A stretch of DNA of 64,000 nucleotides, taken from NCBI GenBank assembly GCA_965209085.1, contig OZ242376.1, positions 576,001-640,000 on the forward strand, read 5' to 3'. The DNA is from Nitrosopumilaceae archaeon (GTDB taxonomy: Archaea > Thermoproteota > Nitrososphaeria > Nitrososphaerales > Nitrosopumilaceae). Under the pieces are notes generated by a model. It was not told the DNA's origin, searched no databases, and saw only the letters and a program-made list of their open reading frames with translations. Positions 52,001-61,000 of this stretch are shown piece after piece. The translations under genes were made by a program, and so were the position numbers. The stretch's first letter is position 1; every line of letters starts with the position of its first letter.

Positions 52001-55000
52001 AACATTAAACGGTGCAAACAACACCATTGTTAACATGAATCAACCATATGAGGATCCAAACGCCACAGCATCTGATGCATCATATGCAACAGGTAGCGTA
52101 CAGGTATCCGGAGCCGGCAATGTAGATACTACAACAAATGCCATCTATACTCTCACTTATACTGCACCTGATGATCCTGCAGGTAATATTGGACCGGTCA
52201 TAACACGGACTGTTACAGTACATGATGCACCGCCAATAAATGTTAACTCGCTGAGTATTGCAAGCAATTCTGGAAATAATTATGCAAATGAGAGCAAAAC
52301 TGTAACCGTCACTCTTGTAACGGATGGTACAAATCTTAACAGCCTTACTGGAGTCTTGCTTGGCAGATCATTTACAAATACTACAACCGGGGGCTCTGCT
52401 ACGTTTACCGGTACAGTCCAGTCCGGCGATGACGGAAATGCCACGTTTTCAATTACTGCTACAAACTCTAGTGGCAGCCAAATTTCAATAACAAATGCTG
52501 ACATCACAGATGGCTCATATGTCACAATAGATACGATAAAACCCGTAATTAACCTGACTGGAGGCAATGATTTTGTACTCCAGGGTGAGACATATCAGGA
52601 TCCGGGCACAACTGTATCAGATGATGGCAATGCATCATATGCCGGTCCAGTATCTGCCTCATCAATTGACACCTCTACACTTGGCGCAAAAACCATTACC
52701 TATACTGGCACAGCGGATGCGGCAGGTAACGAGCCGAATCAAATAACTAGAATAGTTACAGTATTGGCAAAACCTTTGGGTATAAATTCGCTGACAATTG
52801 AATCAAATAACAATGTAAACACCTCTTTTGCCAAAGACGGGGATGTGATTACAGTAACGCTTGCTGTAAACGGCACGATTGGTAATGTTACAGGAGTAAT
52901 TGCAGGCAATTCTGCTACATACAATGTCACCGGCAATAATGCATCAGCTACGGTAACAGTTGATGGAGCCTTTACTGATACTGTCAGCGTCACATTTTCG
53001 ATTACCGCATACAACGAGGATAATTCCACATTTAGAACATTTACAAATACAGACCTGACTGGATCAAATATTGCCATAGATACAACTGCACCTAGTATAA
53101 CATTAAACGGTGCAAACAATACTCTAGTTTTCACAAATTCCACATATGTGGATAAAAACGCCACAGCATCTGATGCATCATATGCAACAGGTAGCGTACA
53201 GGTATCCGGAGCCGGCACTGTAAATACTGCAACAGCTGGCAATTATACCCTCACTTATACTGCACCTGTTGATCCTGCAGGTAATATTGGACCTGTCATA
53301 ACACGGACTGTTACAGTACAGAATGCACCGCCAATAAATATCAACTCGCTGAGTATTGCAAGCAATTCTGGAAATAATTATGCAAATGCGGGCAAAACTG
53401 TAACCGTCACTCTTGTAACGGATGGTACAAATCTTAACAGCCTTACTGGAGTCTTGCTTGGCAGATCATTTACAAATACTACAACCGGGGGCTCTGCTAC
53501 GTTTACCGGTACAGTCCAGTCCGGCGATGATGGAAATGCCACGTTTTCAATTACTGCTACAAACTCTAGTGGCAACAAAATCACATTAACAAATAGTGAT
53601 ATCACAGATAGCTCATCTATCATAATAGATACGATAAAACCCGTAATTAACCTGACTGGAGGCAATGATTCTGTACTCCAGGGTGAGACATATCCGGATC
53701 CGGGCACAACTGTATCAGATGATGGCAATGCATCATATGCCGGTCCAGCATCTGCCTCATCAATTGACACCTCTACACTTGGCACAAAAACCATTACCTA
53801 TACTGGCACAGCAGATGCGGCAGGTAACGAGCCGAATCAAATAACTAGAATAGTTACAGTATTTGCAAAACCTCTGGGTCTGAATTCGCTGACAATTGAA
53901 TCAAACAACAATGTAAACACCTCTTTTGCCAAAGACGGGGATGTGATTACAGTAACGCTTGTTGCAAACGGCACGATTGGTAATGTTACAGGGGTAATTG
54001 CAAGCAATTCTGCTACATATGCTGTCACCGATAATACTGTATTGGCCACGGTAACAGTTGATGGAACCTTTACTGATACTGCCAGCGTCACATTTTCGAT
54101 TACCGCATTCAACGAGGATAATTTCACATTTAGAACATTTACAAATACAAATCTGACTGGATCAAATATTGCCATAGATACAACTGCACCTAGTATAACA
54201 TTAAACGGTGCAAACAACACCATTGTTTTCACAAATTCCACATATGTGGATAAAAACGCCACAGCATCTGATGCATCATATGCAACAGGTAGCGTACAAG
54301 TATCCGGAGCCGGCAATGTAAATACTGCAATAGTTGGCAATTATACCCTCACTTATACAGCACCTGATGATCCTGCTGGTAATATTGGACCTGTCATAAC
54401 ACGGACTGTTACAGTACAGGATGCACCACCAATTAAAATTAACGCATTAACCTTTACATCTTCCAACCAAAACACCCAATACGCAAAAGCTGGTGATGCG
54501 CTGACTCTAACGTTGGTGATAAACGATACCATTACAAGCGATACGGTACAAATTCAAAACGGTCCACTCACTACTAATTCTTCGTCAGGTAGTACCCTCG
54601 CAGCAAGTCGTGTAATTCCAACTAGTACAATCGAATCAAACGCCACTTTTACCATTACGGTTACAAATGCCAACGGAGTAACCCTGAATATAACAGAAAA
54701 CGATCTACCCGGCTCCAACATATTTGTCGATACAATACCTCCAAGCATAACACTGGTAGGATCTGCAGACTATACCATAGCCCAAAACGATAATACAGCT
54801 TTGGTTCCAGACGCCAATGTATCTGACGGAGATCCAAACTATTCAGACAGTTACACCCTCACAAAAAACGCTACACTTGATGTTACAGTACTAGGTTCTG
54901 TTTATAATTACACGTATACAGCAAATAATGATTCTGCAGGAAATCCAGGAGATAGTGTGAACCGAATCATCAGGATAGTAGATGAAACAGACCCGACTTT

Positions 55001-58000
55001 GGCAAACCTGACCATATACAGCGACAACTCTGTCACATCCCTTGCAACCATAAACGATATTCTAACCATAACAATTACCGCCAATGAGGCACTCAAGGAG
55101 GCAAACGTTACGCTTCTAAATGCCACCTATATTATGACCATAAATGGCGTCATTGCAAGTGCAAACGTAACGGTAACTGTTGAAGCTCCACAAGGGGAAG
55201 TCGCCTTTAACATCACCGCTTTTGATCTTGCAGGAAACAACTTGACTGTAGACCAAACAGATAGCTCTGTAAACGTCACAATAGACCGCACAGATCCAGT
55301 CCTAGCAACTTTAACCATATCAAGCGACAACCCCACCCCTACACTTGCAACCATAAATGATATTCTAACCATAACAATCACCGCCGATGAGATACTCAAA
55401 AAAGCAGACATTACGATTCTAGGTGAAACTTACACAATGAGCACAAACGGCACCACCATTGCAAGTGCGGATGTAACGGTAAACGCACAAGATCTAGAAG
55501 GGCAGGTCACCTTTAACATCACCGCCTTTGATCTTGCAGAAAATAACTTGACAGCAACCCAAACAAATAGCCCTACAAACGTCACAATAGACCGCACAAA
55601 CCCACAGCTGATGAATCTGACCATATACAGCGACAACACTGTCCCATCCTTTGCAACCTTGAACGATAATCTGACCATAACAATCACCGCCAGTGAGGCA
55701 CTCAAAGAGGCAAACATTACGGTTCTAGGTAATACTTATACAATGAACGTAATTGACACAACTGCAAGTGCAAATGTAACGGTAGATACACAATCTTCGG
55801 AAGGGAATGTCACCTTTGATATCACAGCAGCTGATCTTGCAGGAAACACTCTGAATGCAGATCAGAGAAATCTAACATCTTCAAACGTCACAATAGACCG
55901 CACCGCACCAGGTGATGCAGATCTCAGAGTTAGCAGCAACAATGCAGACCAGACGCTTGCAAAGGCAGGTGATATGATAAACATCACCCTAGTGGCAACA
56001 GAACCAATCATGAACGCAATTTTACAAATATTTGATAATGACAATATCACCATGACTGTAACAAATGATACTGCGTTTGCAAACGTTACTGTCCCGCAAA
56101 ATGCTTCAAACGGACTGATAATGTTCAACATTACAGCAGACGATAGCTCTAGCAATACATTTTCCGTAACACAGAAAAACATCACATCCGGCGTAGTCCG
56201 AGTTGATACAATAGATCCGAAACTGTCAACTTTGAGCATATCCAGCGACAATTCAAACTCTACTTTTGCAACCATAGATGATATTATCGCCATAACAATC
56301 ACCGCCGATGAGATACTCAAAAAAGCAGACATTACGATTCTAGGTGAAACTTACACAATGAGCACAAACGGCACCACCATTGCAAGTGCGGATGTAACGG
56401 TAAACGCACAAGATCCAGAGGGACTGGTCACCTTTAACATCACCGCCTTTGATCTTGCAGAAAATAACTTGACAGCAACCCAAACAAATAGCCCTACAAA
56501 CGTCACAATAGACCGCACAAACCCAGAGCTGACAAACCTGATCATATACAGCAACAACTCTAACCCCATCCTTGCAACCATAAATGATAATCTAACCATA
56601 ACAATTACCGCTGATGAGACACTCAAAAATGCAAACATTACAATTCTAAATGCCATCTATACAATGGCCATAAACGGCACCATGGCAAGTGCAAACGTAA
56701 CGGTAACTGCACAAGATCCGCAAGGATTGGTCTCCTTTAACATCACCGCCTTTGATCTTGCAGAAAACATTCTGACTGCAAACCACACAAATCTAAACTC
56801 TACAAATGTCATAATAGATAGCGCAGCACCTGGGAATGTAACTCTAACAGTTTATAGCAACAATGACAACTCGTCGCTTGCAAAGATAGGTGATGCGATA
56901 AACATAACCATAAATGTAGCAGAGCCAATCATGATGGCAACTTTGCAAATATTTGATGATGATAATATCGTCATGACTGTAACAAATGATACTGCGTCTG
57001 TAAACATCACCGTCCCGCAAAATGCTTCAAACGGACAGATAATGTTCAACATTACAGCAGAAGATAATTCTGGCAACACATTTTCTGTAACACAGACAAA
57101 CATCACATCCGGCGGAGTCCGAATCGATACAATAGATCCGGAACTGGCAAACCTGACCATATACAGCGACAATTCAAACTCTACTCTTGCAACAATAAAC
57201 GATACTTTGAGAATAACAATTACCGCCAATGAGACACTCAAAGGGGCAAACGTTACGGTTCTAGATATGACCTATAATATGACCATAAACGGTGACACTG
57301 CAAGTGCAAACGTAACTGTAACTGCACAAGATCCGCAAGGATTGGTACCATTTACCATCACAGCCTTTGATCTTGCAGAAAACATTCTGACTGCAAACCA
57401 CACAAATCTAAACTCTACAAACGTCACAATAGACCGCACAAACCCAGTTCAGATGAACCTGACCATATACAGCGACAATTCAAACTCTACTCTTGCAACA
57501 ATAAACGATACTCTAACCATAACAATTACCGCTAGTGAGGCACTCAAAGAGGCAAACGTTACGGTTCTTGGTGGCACATATGTGATGACAATAACTGGCA
57601 CCGTGGCAAACGCATCCCTGACTGTAAACTCTACTCATCCGGACGGACAAGTCACCTTTAACATCACAGCCTTTGATCTTGCAGGAAACAGCCTGACTGC
57701 AAACCAGACAAATCTAAACTCCTCAAACGTCACAATTGACAGCACAAATCCACAGCTGACAAACCTAACCATATACAGCAACAATCAGAATATGTCACTT
57801 GCAAAGGCCGGAGATGTGATAAACATTACCCTTTATGCATCAGAGCAAATCAACAATGTGACTCTGTCAATCCTCAATAGCACCATCAACATGAGCATAA
57901 CAAACGATACTGCCACTGCAAACTATACGGTTGCACAAAATGATACAAACGGACCTGTATCATTCAACATTACAGCATATGATAACACGGACAATACGCT

Positions 58001-61000
58001 TACCGTAACACAAAGCGACCTCACATCCGAGAATGTCATAACCGATACAATCAATCCGCAACTGGCAAACCTAACCATATACAGCAGCAACCCTGATGCA
58101 TCACTTGCAACCACAGGCAATACACTAAACATTACAATCACCGCAAACGAGGCACTACAGGGGGCAAACGTCACTGTTTTGAATACAACATATGTGATGA
58201 CCATAAACGGCACCGCGGCAAACGCATCCCTGACTGTAAATGCAAACGATACGGACGGACAAGTCACATTTAACATCACAGCATTTGATCTTGCAGGAAA
58301 CAATCTGACGGCAAACCAAACACAGCTAAACTCATCAAACGTCACAATAGACAAAAGTACACCTGGCGTGAGCAATCTAACCGTATACAGCAGCAATCAG
58401 AATGCATCGCTTGCAAAGGCCGGAGATGTGATAAACATTACCCTGCGTGCATCAGAGCAAATCAACAATGTGACCCTGTCAATCCTCAACAGCACCATTG
58501 CCATGAGCATAACAAACGATACTGCCACTGCAAACTATACGGTTGAACAAAATGACACAAACGGACCTGTATCATTTAGCATTACAGCATATGATAATAC
58601 TGGCAACGAGTTTATCGTAACACAAAGCAGCATTACAACCGGCAGCGTTACAATTGATACAGCAGATCCGCAGTTGCAAACCCTGACCATATACAGCAAC
58701 AACCCCATAACCGATCATGCAAAAACGGGACATTTGCTAAACATTACAATCACCGCAAACGAGGCACTACGGGGGGCAAACGTCACTGTTCTAAATGCCA
58801 CATATGTGATGACCATAAACGGCACCACGGCAAACGCATCCCTGACTGTAAATGCAAACGATACGGACGGACAAGTCACATTTAACATCACAGCATTTGA
58901 TCTTGCAGGAAACAGCCTTGTAACAAACCAGACGCAGCTAAACTCATCAAACGTCACAATAGACAACACAAACCCCGAACTGACAAACCTGACCATATAC
59001 AGCAGCAACCCTGATGCATCACTTGCAACCACAGGCGACACACTAAACATTACAATCACCGCAAACGAGGCACTGCAGGGGGCAAACGTCACTGTTCTAA
59101 ATGCCACATATGTGATGACCATAAACGGCACCACTGCAAGTGTAAACGTAACAGTAGATGCACAATCTTTGGAAGGACCAGTTGACTTTAACATAACAAT
59201 CATTGATCTTGTAGGAAACAATATGACTGTAAATGAAACAAATCTAAACTCATCAAACGTCACAATAGACCGCACAAACCCACAGCTGATGAATCTGACC
59301 ATATACAGCGACAACCCTGTCCCATCATTTGCAACCTTGAACGATAATCTGACCATAACAATTACCGCCAATGAGGCACTCAAAGCGGCAGACATTGCGG
59401 TTCTAGGTACAACCTATACAATGAACATATCTGGCACAACTGCAACTGCGACTGTAACAGTAACTGCACTATCTTCAGAGGGGAATGTCACCTTTGATAT
59501 CACAGCAGCTGATCTTGCAGGAAACACTCTGAGTGCAAATCAGATAAATCTAACATCTTCAAACGTCACAATAGACCACACCGCACCAAGTGGTGTAAAT
59601 CTCATAGTTCACAGCGACAATGCGGACCCGACGCTTGCAAAGGCAGGCGATGTGATAAACATCACCCTAATGGCAGCAGAACCAATCATGAATGCAACTT
59701 TACAAATATTTGATAATGACAATATAACCATGACTGTAACAAATGATACTGCGTCTGTAAACATCACCGTCCCGCAAAATGCTGCAAACGGACAGATAAT
59801 GTTCAACATTACAGCAGAAGATATCTCTGGCAACACATTTTCTGTAACACAGACAAACATCACATCCGGCGGAGTCCAAATCGATACAATAGATCCGAAA
59901 CTGACAAACCTGAGCATATCCAGTGACAATTCAAACTCTACTATTGCAACCATAAACGATACTTTAACCATAACAATTACCGCCGATGAGACACTCAAAG
60001 GGGCAAACGTTACGGTTCTAGGTACAACCTATACAATGAACATAAACAATGACACTGCAAGTGCAAACGTAACGGTAAACTCGACAAATCCTGAAGGAAA
60101 CGTCACATTTAACATCACAGCCTTTGATCTTGCAGGAAACACTCTGAGTGCAAATCAGATAAATCTAACATCTTCAAACGTCACAATAGACCGCACAAAC
60201 CCACAGCTGATGAATCTGACCATATACAGCGACAACCCTGTCCCATCCTTTGCAACCTTGAACGATAATCTGACCATAACAATTACCGCCAATGAGGCAC
60301 TCAAAGCGGCAGACATTGCGGTTCTAGGTACAACCTATACAATGAACATATCTGGCACAACTGCAACTGCGACTGTAACAGTAACTGCACTATCTTCAGA
60401 GGGGAATGTCACCTTTGATATCACAGCAGCTGATCTTGCAGGAAACACTCTGAGTGCAAATCAGATAAATCTAACATCTTCAAACGTCACAATAGACCAC
60501 ACCGCACCAAGTGGTGTAAATCTCATAGTTCACAGCGACAATGCGGACCCGACGCTTGCAAAGGCAGGCGATGTGATAAACATCACCCTAATGGCAGCAG
60601 AACCAATCATGAATGCAACTTTACAAATATTTGATAATGACAATATAACCATGACTGTAACAAATGATACTGCGTCTGCAAACATTCCCGTCCCGCAAAA
60701 TGCTGCAAACGGACAGATAATGTTCAACATTACAGCAGAAGATATCTCTGGCAACACATTTTCTGTAACACAGACAAACATCACATCCGGCGGAGTCCAA
60801 ATCGATACAATAGATCCGAAACTGACAAACCTGAGCATATCCAGTGACAATCCAAACTCTACTCTTGCAACCATAAACGATACTTTAACCATAACAATTA
60901 CCGCCAATGAGACACTCAAAGCGGCAAACATTACGATTCTAGGTGAAACTTATACAATGAACGTAACTGGCACAACTGCAAGTGCAGACGTTACGGTAAA

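Larger units (their letters stand above)
17500..53800 (+). repeat. ~14.9-kb higher-order tandem repeat, about 2.4 copies
   Basis: Constant offsets of 14,922 bp (e.g. 17930/32852, 19556/34478, 25103/40025) and 14,910 bp (25631/40541, 30596/45506, 38468/53378); boundaries approximate. Confidence 0.88.
10737..54430 (+). repeat. Array of alternating A and B Ig di-domain modules (A+B period 1098 bp = 366 aa; about 28 A, 27 B, plus 8 C modules after propellers)
   Basis: A starts INVNSLSIASNSGNNYANAGK, B starts INSLTIESNNNVNTSFAKDGD. Each ends in a DUF5011-like domain (DTxxPxIxLxG..YxDPxxTxSD..TYT..DxAGN..TRTVTV). Period visible as 16373, 17471, 18569 in the shadow ORFs. Confidence 0.92.

Noticed and set aside
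17500-53800. Whole super-repeat as a pure assembly artefact
   Set aside because: Copies carry private and cross-register variants (12-bp indel at 40179, YPDP, GAQ) and keep the frame, which favours real copies; exact copy number still needs read confirmation.
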